63,647 nucleotides of DNA, filler included, from Polymyxa betae A26-41 (GCA_003693705.1; 6 parts of 6 records of this genome joined end to end with filler, not necessarily neighbours in it), one strand, 5' to 3'; positions 49,804 to 63,100 are shown, counted from the whole stretch's first letter. Notes: generated from the letters alone by a model not told the origin. A program made the numbers and translations.

Positions 49804-51747
49804 GCTGCGGGGAGGGGGGGGGGGGGCGACGGACGGAGCGGGGGCCAGCACGACGATGGTTCCAGACGACCGCGATTCGGCTCACTCCCTCTCTCTCTCT
49901 CTTCCAGGCCCGGTGAATTCACGGACTGCGCAATTTTCGAGGGCGGCCTCCATTTTTCGACGGGTGTGATTTCGCTGCTGTTCGAATCAGTCCAGAAACC
50001 CTAAAACCCTAAACTTGACAAGTCACTAACGAATTCGCTGGGCTTCTTCATTCTGCCTCGTTACCTATCGATCTTGTAAGATTTTATGACCTTTGTTAAT
50101 AAAGGTTTCCGTTATGTAATCTGCCCCTTCAGAGAGTGTGCGTTGTCACTTGTTATAACAGTGCGGTTGGAAACAGAAATTGATTCGCCTCTTATTAAAA
50201 GCTGGAACAATGTTGGTCTGAATTCATTGCAGAAAATCGGAACGATGAAAACAGTATTGATGAGCGGCGGACGGGCTGCGTTTGCTGCGAGTGATTACTA
50301 GACAGGATCGGCAGTCCTGCGATGGCATTAAACGTCAGCTTCTGTAATTGCAATTGCAAGACAGCCAGCAGACATTCTATGTTATGTGGTCCATTAAGAA
50401 ATCTGGAATCTTTACAGAAATATCACAAAATTTATTGATTGGAATCCAAACGAAATATTTCGCTCAGAACTGAAAGTAAAATGACAGCCGTTGTCGGAGA
50501 AGTGACTCGCTTCAATCGTATTACAGAATTTATAGAAGCCTTCTTTACTCTAAATGAATCTGCCACGACTGTCATCTGGCAGCATTCTGCTCTTCAGGCA
50601 GATAATCATATCTAACCTTTCCTGCTTTACCTCTTCGCAAGGGCGAAACTATGAAGAGGTGAAGTTAGAATTGTCCGATGATCGTTGAGATCATTGTTGC
50701 GTGGTCTGGTTGTCACCCATTGGTAAATGGAAACGTCACCGACGATAATAATGAGAAGATCAGAAAGGCATTCTTCTCGATCGAAATCGATGAATAGAGT
50801 CTGGTAGCATTGAAGGCTCACATTCTATAGTTTGATCTCACGGATTCCGGAGATCAAGATACCACAATGTCCACACATTCATGACTCAACCTATCTGTAT
50901 ATTGGACCTCACGGACTTACAAGCACACTTTCCAGGATGGTTTTGTCCATAGTGTTTGCCTTTTGATTGGGTCATCAACAAAACCAGCTCTGCAGACTCG
51001 CTGGCGCGATCGTATTGCGGCGATTGTAAGTTGATGATTTGTAACGATCTGATTCCATTCAAAATCTAGCAGTATCGCTATATGAATAATATAGAGTAAG
51101 CCAATGCTCTCATGATGTCAATCTGAAATTCTGATCACATCACCATACAGAGTCCTAGAGAGCCATAAAACTTCAAACACATTGTCAAGAATGTCATTCA
51201 TCTCCTATTCACAAGTTTTCGGAATGCTGCAAACGAATTCATGACAGAAAAGATCGAAGAGCCAAACCTAAACCAGCATCAAAAGCAGATCAAGATGTGG
51301 CTGTCGATAATGCTGAAATCTCCTGTGACATTCAGCTTATCAACATCTGACTCAAATGACAATAATAATACGTCGGTATTTGGTTCTAAAGAGGGAGCAG
51401 CTGTCGTCGATCGAGAGCTTTTACACGACGATTCAACAACGGAAATCACTCGAAATATGGCTCAAAGCTATCAATAAGCTATATATTAGCATCTGAATTG
51501 CTTGCAGCTAGGGTTAGGGTTTGACCTCCGCCAGTGACTGCATAATCGATTGAGGTCCTTCACAGCATCACACCATCATTAGCTGCTGTGAATGCTCATT
51601 ATTCACAGGGTCTTGTTACAGACTACGAACGGACCAGTACGACACCGGAATCTATTCCGAATATGGATCCAGTATCGCAAGACCGTAACAGAAAATGAAT
51701 CGAAATGTCGCATGAAATTTTTATTCGATTTAGCGATTATTGGGGGT

Positions 51748-52440
51748 TTAGCCACCACCGCAGCCGCCACCGCCACCGCAGCCGCCGCCACCGCAGCTGG
51801 AGCCGTCGGCGTAGGCCGTGGCCGTGGTCATTTCCATATAGCCTCCATCACGGGTCTGGGATTGGATCCGCGACCTTGTGTCCGATAGGACCGGAAACAG
51901 CAGAATCACGTACGAAGTCCGTGAGGGCGGCTGAGGCCGAGTCCGAGACCAGACCCTCAATCCCATCGAGCAAATGATAGCGGCCCCGGCGATGACGAAA
52001 ACCTTGGCAGGGACGGTCGCCGCCGCCCAACGAGCCAATCGAAACGCCCCGACGGCGGCCAGTACGACGGCGCCGGCACCCAGGACGCCAGCGAATGCGT
52101 ATAACAGCTGTGATATTGATGGGAGGCGGTTCCGGATGGCTCGAGAGGTGACAGGGCGGACGACACGAACGGCGAGGGACCCGAGGGCGGCCTGGAAGGC
52201 GCGCGCAGCAGCAGCTGCGGCGTGATCGGGACGCCGTAACGAAAGCAGATGAAGGAGGCCGCCAAGAGCGTGTAGATGAAGGAGGCGAACAGGAGGTGCT
52301 GGGGCAGGGTTGCTGGGGTGATGGGGTCCCCAGATGGGGTCACCTCTCCTCTATATGAATAGTTCAGTGATCAGGCTGATACCATGGAAGAGGCAGTATT
52401 ACCCAGCTGTTTGGGACCAGTCGGATAGAGCGGTCACCAT
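51748..52440 (-). pseudogene. Small membrane protein with Gly/Cys-rich tail, copy 2 (2-nt insertion in a GC run near 52200)
   Basis: Inverted paralog of 39584-40242 including intron and about 230 bp upstream; tail DGSSCGGGGCGGGGGCGGG. Confidence 0.7.
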
Positions 52441-53079
52441 TCGATCAAGAAAGCGACAATCGGAAATGACCGCGCTGTCCGTGATCGATCTTTGACCTTT
52501 CACGCAATTACAGATTGTCAGCAACGGGCTGCGACCATGCAGATTCTTCTCGCCAAAACTTTTCTTGAGCGATACATTTTCTGCAAATGGCTGATTTTGA
52601 CGAATTTGTATCTTCTATATTTGATCCGAAATTTGTCAACCGAAATGTAGTTTTTTACTCGTATGAATCGGTTAATTAAGAATCACCAATATTCTGAGTC
52701 ATTTAACTGTAACGAGGATCTAAAAATTACAGAAATTTGGTGCATTGCGGCCAGTTCGTTTTCGTGAGGCCATGGAACCAGCCCTAAAATTTCACAAGGT
52801 TCATCTTGAAGATGACAAACAGGCTTTTTTTAAAAGATTTATATGACAATGTGGAGCAATATGTATTGGCTTTGGTACGTGAGCGACAGGAACTATCACG
52901 AAAACCTTCTCGTGCCGCTACAGCGATTAGTCGGGAATCAAAGAAGCCGCGTTCTGGACCTGTACAGGATAAATACATCTGCTAACCAGTATACGAACAT
53001 AAATCGCTCTCCGAGATTACTAATGTCGTAGATGACTGATGGCGCCCGATTTATGATAGAGATTCGACCTGTAAAATAC

Positions 53080-53880
53080 AAATTGAAAGATATTCTACCG
53101 TGAAAAATCGCCACTCAGTTCCTGTCAAGAACATTGATGTCGTTGAGAGCCGCAGATGTCACAAAGAAAAAATGCCAAAAACGAGAGGTTTTATCAGCAA
53201 TGGCCTCCAGAATTATAGTCGGACCACTTTTCTTTACCAGAAGATAATTGTCGCTGCCAAGGCAGTTGGGCAACTTTTCCAGCGCCAATGCATGCAATCC
53301 AAACTCCTCAAACACCCAGGGTATCCGCGCCCAAAGTTTTCGTTCAAAATTCAGTTGATGTCGGTTTTGGTTATAAAACGTTTCGATGAGGGGAGAGCCC
53401 CAATCGATTCGTACAGTGGCATTTCTGCCGCTCTGCCGGAAGTAATCATCATCTTGGACAACAGCACTGAGAATTTCATCAAATCATGCTATTAACATTC
53501 GATAAATTTCTTTGAGATCTGAAGGGCCGAAAACTGGATTTTGCGACCCAATTATCGTTTCTCAATAGCCAAGCGTAGAGCAGTCGACGTCATTCTTTGT
53601 TTCGCTTTTTCGCAAGGGGTTTCGCAGGAACCGAATTGTCACCATCGCTATCGGATTCCGACCTGGAAGCCATTATCAATTGCAGAGACGACATGCGATC
53701 TTTCGACATCTCGAAAATGCTGTTGATATATTCCGTTTTGGCTGCTTTGAATCCACCCGATTCTATTGTTATAAGATTTTCTTTTCAAAAAAGTCCAATC
53801 ACGCATTAACGTTACACAACCCGCTGGGAAAAACACCCCATGCGATTATTCTATGCGTGAATGGTGCGTGAATTGCATTA
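53080..53880 (-). pseudogene. Pong-like transposase remnant (copy 2), heavily deleted
   Basis: GYPGC..LDCMHWRWKSCPTA and PTIILEAIADKTSRFWHFFF...LNDINVLDR. Confidence 0.85.
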
Positions 53881-53930
53881 GGTGACGGATTTCATTATTG
53901 CTGTTTCAAGTTTAGAAGTTTACTTAATGA

Positions 53931-55450
53931 TTATTCTGGAAAAATTGACGGCAGAGCAGGGCATAGTCCAGTATGTCCAGGACAGTAATTTTGTTGAAAT
54001 TGATAATGATCTATATAATGTCCAAATATACGAGAGAAATAATCGACATCATTATTACAATGATGTTCAAGACAGTATAATATTGGATTTAGAGAATCTC
54101 GGAGATATTCACTCAGATCAGATGAAGGATTCAAATTACACTTCTTCAAGTAGATATTCATTAGCTGAATATAATCCAACATGAGCTTCTGTGATATATT
54201 TAGACGATACAAAAAACTTGAACACAGAAATACCGTCTCAATTCCTTTCATCGAATACCTCAATAAACAATGAGCGCGATCTTCTCTATCACAAACTAGC
54301 TGTGATTCGATGGAGTATTTCTTATTGTCACTGACAATGAGAGTCTCAAATCCGCACTGTTTACTCTTGCTATTGTGCCTCGAACAAAGCTCCCGAAAAT
54401 GACTATGCGGAAACGGATTTCCCCATCGAGATTGAAAAATCCGAAGATCATTCTGACAGCATCTTGTAACACATGAAAGTACAGAGTAACAAACTCGCTG
54501 TAGCCAATTGGAACTGCCACCACGTTTCAGGTTCAGTGTCGGGTCGGTAATCTTGGCCCGAACTAATTTTAGATATAAACTGGCCACCAATAACAACTTC
54601 TGTAACGTGGTCTCCGAAGTTGCGATTTCCGAGGTTTCGGTCAATATGATCTGATCATCGAGATATTTGATAATAACGAGGTTTGTTGCAGTGCGTTTTG
54701 TGCTCTTTGGTGGAAACAATATGTTCGTATCAGTAAGAAGCGCGTATTCGTCATCATCAGGCTGCTTTTTCTGAATAACAGTTTCAGAGTGACCATTTAA
54801 TATGAAAAAATCTCACCAGAAAAGCACACAGAGTAGTGTAGTCTGTGATCTTCTCGACCCCAAAATTAAATAATTTCAGAAATTTTGGAAACCAGCTAAA
54901 CAGTGGCAGACTGAGCTCATTTGATGGTGAGTTAAATTTCATCCGTTTTAAGGACGGATTTGGGTCAGTCTCTAGAGCAAGATGATCAATAGGGATGACA
55001 GAGCTATTTGGGAGCTGGTCCGATGATTGATCGGCAGTTAACCGCCTCGATCGGCATTGATCTACGGGACATTCTTTATAGGGATCCCAATGATACCACC
55101 AACTCCGTATTCTCCCATCAACTTCGCTCCAACACCAATCGTACTTCCGGAAGGCGCAGATCACTTTCCGATACAGATTCGAAATCAGAATCAGTTTCTG
55201 TAATGTGCTCGGAGCAGAACGGATTTGTTTGATTTCGCTAACATCCAGATCATGTCCTTTCACATTAATAACAATTTGAGAATTTTTCTTGGAACATTGA
55301 ACTGCATCATCATCGGACTTTGAAGACAAAGAATGAAGCTCTTCATCATTCGGCTCTTCGATCTAAGATAAAGTCAATATACAGAAGGATAGAAACGGCT
55401 GCTCGAAATTCACCAGAAATTTGCAGAGACTGTTATAATCATACCAGTCA
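53931..55450 (-). CDS. Hypothetical multi-exon protein with an internal repeat
   Basis: ORFs of 181 and 262 aa both contain SEI....TLQKL.L...LY.K. Confidence 0.45.
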
Positions 55451-56459
55451 CATCATGATTGAAGGAAGTCAGAAGGTCGGTTGGCGATGATGTCTCGTCT
55501 ATACGACTACGAACCACCTCCGTATATTTCATAGGGCCACTTTCATAGGGCCATTCTCAAATTTTTTACTTTTTATGATTCATCNNNNNNNNNNNNNNNN
55601 NNNNNNNNNNNNNNNNNNNNNNNNNNNNTTAATTAATTAANNNNNNNNNNNNNNNNNNNNNNNNNNNNNNNNNNNNNNNNNNNNCTGGTTAAAGAGCTCC
55701 AGAAAAAAGGTAGGGTTTTAGGGTTTGTGTAACGTTAACTAACACATATATCCTAACAGGGGATTTATTACCGGACCCTAGCGATGATGCAAGCGCAGAT
55801 ACCCCACCTCGCATCCTAGGTATCGGCTCAGGCAAAAAACGGCCACCTATCAGTACTCCAATACCTCCTACCACCCCCAACCAAAAAACTTTCCTGGATG
55901 TCACGACTACCATGACCCCGGAAATATCAAAATCCATCGCCGCGCACAACAATGTGGTGTTCCATGAACTAATCCGCTATTCTACTGAAGGCCGCGACCG
56001 GATATGCCTGATTGTATGCCTGGTTACAGGCCACGCAGTCAAAAGTTGCTGAAGATGGGAGCCATGTTTTGCTCTCACTGAAACAGAGCACGGTTGACCC
56101 AGTGGACTACGTCGATCCGGCCCACGTAAATAACATTCTGGACGACCCCCAAAGTAAGGCCATCGTGCATTACTTCCAAGGCCATACGCCACAGATTTTT
56201 CAAATAACAATCCAGCTGCCGGCTGCGGTCATTCCGGAAATGCCGGACCTTCGGTATATTACCTCAAAAAAAAACTGGCAGCACCATACGCCTTGTCATT
56301 GACATGGCGGTTCAGCCGCCAAAACAAGCTGCCGAATTTTCAATTCAGATTGAATAAAAAATATCCTATCTATTTATAATTTTATGTTATAATCGCGAAA
56401 ATTACCGTAGCCTCCAGCAATAGCGCACATGGAACAACGCAAATGCCTCTGTTTGCCAG

Positions 56460-59183
56460 CGGTATTGGGGTTCCTCTGCGTGACTTGAATTTTTATATAA
56501 AAAATGTCGTTTCCGCCAGCAAGCTTTCAATCAGCTCTTGAGGCTTACCTTGACCGATTAGAAATGTTCTCACAGGATAGGTTCTCATCTCTTCCTACCA
56601 TCCTTGCCTCGAGCTCGGATTCCAGTAATGACGACGAAATTGTGGGATCGAAAAGGCGGCCAAGTAAACAGCGGAGCCCCAATAAGGAGCGTCGCCGGTT
56701 GGTTTACGACAAGCTTCTGAAAGAAGATTATTGGACAGTTAATCCGGTATTCGGTCCCTCGGATTTTAAAGATCTTTACCGGCTTCCCCTGGAACTTTTC
56801 AACAAGATCTTGGAGGATGTTGTTAAAGATGACGATTACTTTCGTCAAAAACGAGACTGCACCAATCGGTTGGGATTTTCCCCACATCAGAAGATCTGCA
56901 GTAGCGTGCGAATTCTATCAAGCGGAAACTCAGCCATCGAGGTTCAAGATAGATTTCGTATGGCTGAGACAACGGCCTTGGAGAGTCTGAAGCGATTCTG
57001 TATTTCGATTAATCGATTATATAGCGATTCAGCTCTTCGGTCCCCAAACAAAGCCGACATGGATCGAATTCTGGACGAGAACATGCGACGAGGATTCCCT
57101 GGTTGCCTCGGAAGCATAGATTGTATGCACTGGAGATGGAAGAATTGCCCAACAGCCTGGCATGGGCAGTTTACCTCAGGAAAAGTAGGTGCTCCGACAA
57201 TTATCTTGGAAGCCATCGCTGATAGGAGCTGTCGGTTTTGGCATTTCTTTTTTGGCACTCCTGGCTCTCTTAATGACATCAATGTCTTGGACAGGTAGAA
57301 TGAAAAATGCTCAGTATTATTTTAAACCGTTTGCTTAAGTCGCATCTCTACCACGACATTATTAATGACAAAGCGCCAACAGTGAACTTTTCAGTGAATG
57401 GGGAGCAGTTTAATTATGCCTACTGGCTGTCCGATGGGATCTATCCAGACCATGCCTGTCTGGTGAAGACGGTTCGCAATCCTGCAACAAGAAAAACAAA
57501 AAAGTTTGCCAAAAAACAGGAGGAAGTTCGTAAAGACATCGAGAGGGCCTTTGGCATCCTACAGGGACGATTTCATGTACTGACAAAGCCTTGTGAGCTC
57601 TGGGACCGGCATGCGATGGCGTTAGTCATTCGAACTTGTGTTATTTTGCATAACCTCATCCTCGATTACGAGGAGGTAAACGTCCGTATTTAAAGCATTT
57701 CAAGCTGACAATTTCCAGGAGAATGACCTTGATTCCAATTATGTTGAGAATAATGACGAATATTCACCAGAGCACCCGTTCGTCGTGGTTGAGAATCGGA
57801 GTGAAATGCCGGCTACATTGGCATCTCAAAGTTCAAGACTTAGAGGGCTTCAAAGCAAAAGCGATTCCAAGCGGCTTCAGCTGGCATTGATAGAGCATGT
57901 CTGGAATCGGTTCGGGGACGAAGATGAAGAACAGTAACTCACGATACATTAAGACTTCATAGTAAGGCCATTTATGTCAACCCTATGTAATGTTTGTCAG
58001 AGCTCGATGGCTGGAGTTAGAGTCTCTTCGCCAAGGACCGATTGGATCAGCTTAGAATCCAAAACGTGCTGCCCTGATGCGTCAATAACATCGCTGCACG
58101 GTATTATCGATTGTGAGCTGAATGTCATTGCATTGATGCGCTCCAGCTCCAGTCGCTTACGAGCGATCCGAAGCTGACGATCGAGCAGCTCTTCTTCCGC
58201 CTCTGCCAATTCAAGCTGGTGCAAAGGATCTGCTTCTACCGGTGCCGGGTTAGGGTTGCCCTTAGCTTTATTACGAAGGTCAGCAAGATCTTTTGCAAAC
58301 GAACGATCTTTCTCCGCCGAGGCCTTAGCTGCCTCTATTTGTGCTTGAATTTTAGCAAGCTTCGCATGCCAAATTTCTATATCTACATCCGGCGCACCAT
58401 ATTGTAGGCATTTCGCCTGCTTACGTCCAGGCGGACGGGAGGGCGTCTTCAGCTCCGCCTTACCTTCTTGTGGGGGCGAGAGCAATTCGTCTGCTCTCGC
58501 CAGCTTCTTGTCAGAAATTGCAGGTTCAAGTGTGAACTTCTCCATCCGCTGGAGGATATCGTAGCAGTGATCCAACTGGAAATCCTTGCCGTTTTTGTCA
58601 TGATATAGCTCTTTCGCCCTTTGGTAATAGTTGGCTTCGTTCCAGCCAGATTGTGGAGAAGATTTAGCAACTTTCAGAGCGGAAATAAATTTATTGACGA
58701 TTGTTTGAATTGCCTAGCAAAAAAAATTGTTATGACGCATATGCTTAGTAGAATTGCAGCCAACTAACCCGAAAACGGTTATACAGTTGATCTTGGTTAC
58801 GATATTCCTTTTGATCGGGAATAGCCTCGCCGTTGAACTCATCGGCTGTCATTCGTCCATAAATCTTCCTTCTTTTGATTATTTCCTTTAATGGGATCCT
58901 GCGATATGTCCATCCAAGCATTGCATAGTCGCTTATCTTCGTTGGAGTTGAAGTGAGGAGCCATGGCAAGAAAAGAAAGGTCAAGAGATACTGGAGGAAA
59001 TATGAGAAATTTTATTCGCGCATGCAGGATTCCATGCGTTCAATTGGGCGCATGAAGTCCCGCTGCAGGATTTTCCACGCATGCAAACACACACCGCTGG
59101 CAGACCGTAAAAATTTCAAGCATGCGCGATTTATTCAAAAATGTCCAATCACTCACGCAATCACGCAACCGCTGTGGATGCTC
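56460..59183. mobile_element. Pong-like element copy 3: near-intact transposase 56504-57937 (+, 2 introns) and Myb-like ORF1 58964-57997 (-)
   Basis: GFPGCLGSIDCMHWRWKNCPTAW, YWLSDGIYP, RKDIERAFGILQGRF; ORF1 FNSNEDKRLCNAWMDISQDP; terminus ATCACGCAACCGCTGTGGATGCTC ending at 59183. Confidence 0.93.
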
Positions 59184-59384
59184 GTTGACGAGTGTCCATA
59201 GATTTCGACATCACGTTTGATATGTTTTCGAAGATACTGTTGACTGCTGCCTCAATGAGAATATAATGAAGTTATATTTTTTTGCAATCCACTAATATTG
59301 GTTTCTTCAGACGTCTAGCGAGAAAGTAAAATCGGGAGACTACAAAAATACCATCATTCCGGAAGATATTCCTGGTGATGCTTA

Positions 59385-60345
59385 GAGCATGTACTGCGGT
59401 TGCGTGATTCCATGCGTGATTGCCGACTTTGCCCCATGCGTTAATATTTCTTATCTCCCACCGGTGCGATTCTTCATGCGTTCGTATTCACGCAGGGTGA
59501 ATCCATGCGGGAAGTTGAGCGCATGGATTCCTGCATGCGTAATAAACAATTTCGAAAAGTTTTGGTTCTGTTTCTTCTCGCTTTCGTAGAATTTCATCGA
59601 AATGGCCCCACGCTTCAGCTCCGATGAGGATCGGCGATTATGTTCGGCTTGGATCGATATTTCCCAGGATCCTATAAAAGGGAATAATCAGAAGCGGGAT
59701 GAGCTCTGGATCAACATTGCCAATACGTTTAATTTGAGGAAGACCAAAAGGGTTTTCGTAACCAGGAGCAATTATATAACCGATTCAGGGTCAGCTTGAT
59801 TATTATAGGATCACATGTTCACATTGCGAATTCAATTTGCATCTAGGCAATCCAAACATCGGTAAATAAATTCATTTCCTGTGTTTTATTTGCTCAGTCG
59901 AAATATCAACCTGGGTGGAATGATGCTGACTATCATCGTAAAGCTAAAGCACTTTACGAAACAAAAGAGAAAAAGGAATTCCAGCTTGATCACTGCTACG
60001 AGATTCTACAGCGTGTTGAAAAATTCAAAACAGAGCCTGCGGTTTCCGAAAAGAAACAAGAATCTGTCGAAAAATTGGCAACTGCAGATGGGAGTGGTTC
60101 AGCCCCCAAGGAAACGATAGTGGGATGAAAACCCCATCCAGACCGATGGGCCGAAAGCAAGCTAAGCGATTATCTTATGGCACGCCTGATGATGTAATTC
60201 GCCAGGCAAAACTAGCCAGGATTCAGGCGCAAACAGAGGCAGCACAAGCGGCTGCTCAGAAAGATCGCTCGATTTCGATTGAGATTAATGAGCTTCGCAG
60301 CATGCTATCGCGACGCCTCGCTGCGGCTTCGGAGGGCCGGCCGGG
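59385..60345 (+). mobile_element. Pong-like element copy 4, truncated (TIR + ORF1), closely similar to 9993-10930
   Basis: TTA + GAGCATGTACTGCGGTTGCGTGAT; same N-terminus MAPRFSSDEDRRLCSAWIDISQDP. Confidence 0.92.
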
Positions 60346-60587
60346 TGTGTAGTGAGGCTGTCTCACATTCAAGACAAATAGAACAACTGAGTCAATCGAT
60401 GCTAATGATTGATCAGTGACATTGATCCATCGGAAGGTATCCGTGGAAAACCCTAACGTGACAGTGGGAGACCCGAAAGGGCCAAATNNNNNNNNNNNNN
60501 NNNNNNNNNNNNNNNNNNNNNNNNNNNNNNNTTAATTAATTAANNNNNNNNNNNNNNNNNNNNNNNNNNNNNNNNNNNNNNNNNNNN

Positions 60588-63100
60588 AAATGTACCGGCA
60601 GAGTCAACAGCATACTTGGCATTTGCTGAATGAAAAGTTAGCATTGAAACCGAACCGAGACAGTTATTACTTCTTCCAGCCGTGCCAAAGATTCCACAAT
60701 TGCGAGATGAAGCTTTTGCAATTGTGATCGTCTCAAGCTTGAACACATGCAGCCTGACAGAACATCAAACAACCGGTATAGAGCCTTCTGGAAGCTCTGA
60801 GCCTGGATGCTCTCTCCGAACAGCCCTTTGGTTAGAAATTTGAACAGCCCATGCAGCAGCATATGCCACTGCGAATTCTTCACCATTACTTGCGATCTGA
60901 TGAACGGGTTGAATAGCTCTTCGGTCCCTGAGTGTTGTTAACAACTACAATTCTCAAAAAATTCTGCCTTCTTACTGTCCGGAACCAGTAAATTCTTGAT
61001 TCGTTCAGATATAACTTTACGGCTTCCTGGAATTAATGCCTACGGGAGCTCAGCGTCTTGCTCCCAAACACTGTTGAGCCTGTTTAGAGACTTTTCCGAC
61101 AGCCGAGCCTCATAATCGAACACCAATCCGGAACCATTACTCTCGCATTCCAGGGCCTCAGCCAAGGTTCGGACAGCATTCTATACAAAAAAGCCAGTTA
61201 GCATCAGCAAACAACTGCCAGAATCAACAACCTACCCCTATATGATGCATAAAATCGGATTTATACTGTCTACTAGGATCCCAACCATTGTCCAGACCGC
61301 TGGTCAAGTTGTCTATTCCATACTGTCCTTTCCCTGGTTACTGTAAGGGTGGGAGAGATCGCTTGATTTGTCGTACACTTTCAAGCATTTTCTTGCGCTC
61401 AGCGTCCTGCTCTTGATTTTATCAGCTTCGTAACGACTCGCTTCGATTCCTGTACGCGGGTTAGGACTGGATATTGAAACCAATCGCATATCATTTCAAC
61501 CTGCCTCAATCTCTGATCTTTCGTCCAAAACGTTGGTGCTGGAGATTTAGATATAAATCCAAGCATTTTGGTATCAATGCTTTCTTGCGAAATGGATGGG
61601 CTGGAGGGAGAAATCTGTAATATCCCAAACGGCAGGTCCGCTTATTCGCTCTCACTCCATCGATAGAACAAATGCATGCTCCATGAATGCTCGATGATCC
61701 TGCTTTCATCATTGCCTTTGCAAAGGCAGGTAAATCTGCCATGCTGGTCATTAACTTCAGTTTTACCTGCAGACGATCAGTTGCTGGTGCATTAACGCAA
61801 AAACGCTAGCATACGTTAGTTAATTGATTCCTGGATGAATCGAAGATCCAAAGTCCCTGTTTGTTGATCAGATTCATTTCATGAGCAACCAGTTGGAAGT
61901 ACGCTTGGCTTGAATAATATGAGCACGAAGTCATTGCTACTGCTGAAGGTTTGCAACGCGCGAATGATGGTAGTGTGAGATATGAAAAGAGGTGAGGCCA
62001 TACCGATATTTTAGAAGAGTTGTGTAGATGAGAACCATCGAAACAATGTGACAACGCAATTGTCATGTATTGCCTCTCTGAACAAAGATAAGAAGGGGAT
62101 TGCATCATCAATAATTCATTACCATTCTTCGTAACCTGCTTCTCTTTGTCATGATATGGTACGTAATGGTCATAGAACAGGTCCCCATTGAACCAATCGC
62201 ACATGGATTCCTCCTTGGTCTGTGTCTTCTTATACTCCATGACGGCGGCATCAACTTCATTCGTAACCTTGCCAGAACAGACTGGCAAATGCTACAAAAG
62301 CAAAACGGATCTAGAATTTGGAATTATTAGATGTGAAAAGTGTGCAAAACCTTTACGTGGATGTCAAACGAGAGTGGCCAGTACAGAAATGTTCTGGCGT
62401 TCTGTCTTGATACATGGCACCGAGAACATTGCTGCTCATTCTCATTCTCAAGGGCGAATATACAGTGACCTCCGGGGCATGATTGTAAAGTAGTGGCTTG
62501 AGTTTCAGGAAGATATCTCGCAGAATAGTTGACATTGTTTGCCCAGTTTTCAGGAAAGCTGTCGAACCGAGGTAAGTCTTGACCCGACAATTCATCCATT
62601 CGACTGGATATGGCCGCGAGGTATGACGTTATTAGATCGTCGAAGCCTCTCCTCTTCACTCCTGCCCGAAGACACTGATCCGCAAACTGCATAATTTTTT
62701 ATCTTGATGCTTTCTAGGTGGCTCAGATGTGTGATCCCAAGCTCAGACATCTGATTTTCTGCAATCACTGATGAACTCGGTAGCAATGCTCTAGCACCGT
62801 TCATGGCGCTAATGATTCGTCGATCGAAGTCGAAGGCTGATTTCGATGGATCATCGATATGATGGTCTTTTATCGCAGGTAGCGTCTCAATGCTATCTTC
62901 AATTTCGGAATGTTGTTGGGTGATGATTGAAAAATCATCACCATTAACATCATGAGCCGGACTCAACTTTGATGGGACGATATAATCAACGCTATGATCT
63001 TCCTCGTCAGGTATGCTTTCAATTGAGTTACCGCCATCGTTTATCGTCGACTCCGATGCCTCTTGTGCATAAATAACGGTTTCAATCATTGGTAGATCAG
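60588..63100 (-). mobile_element. CACTA/EnSpm transposase (Transposase_21-type) pseudogene
   Basis: SCPGGHCIF...CSRCHVSR, CDWFNGDLF, LSHCFDG...SVWP, ADLPAFAK...GACIC, RFLPPAHPFR, DFMH motifs with frameshifts; termini not seen. Confidence 0.82.

Noticed and set aside
55685-56302. Possible LINE ORF1/5' end beside a telomeric tract
   Set aside because: No zinc knuckle, endonuclease or ribozyme motif could be supported
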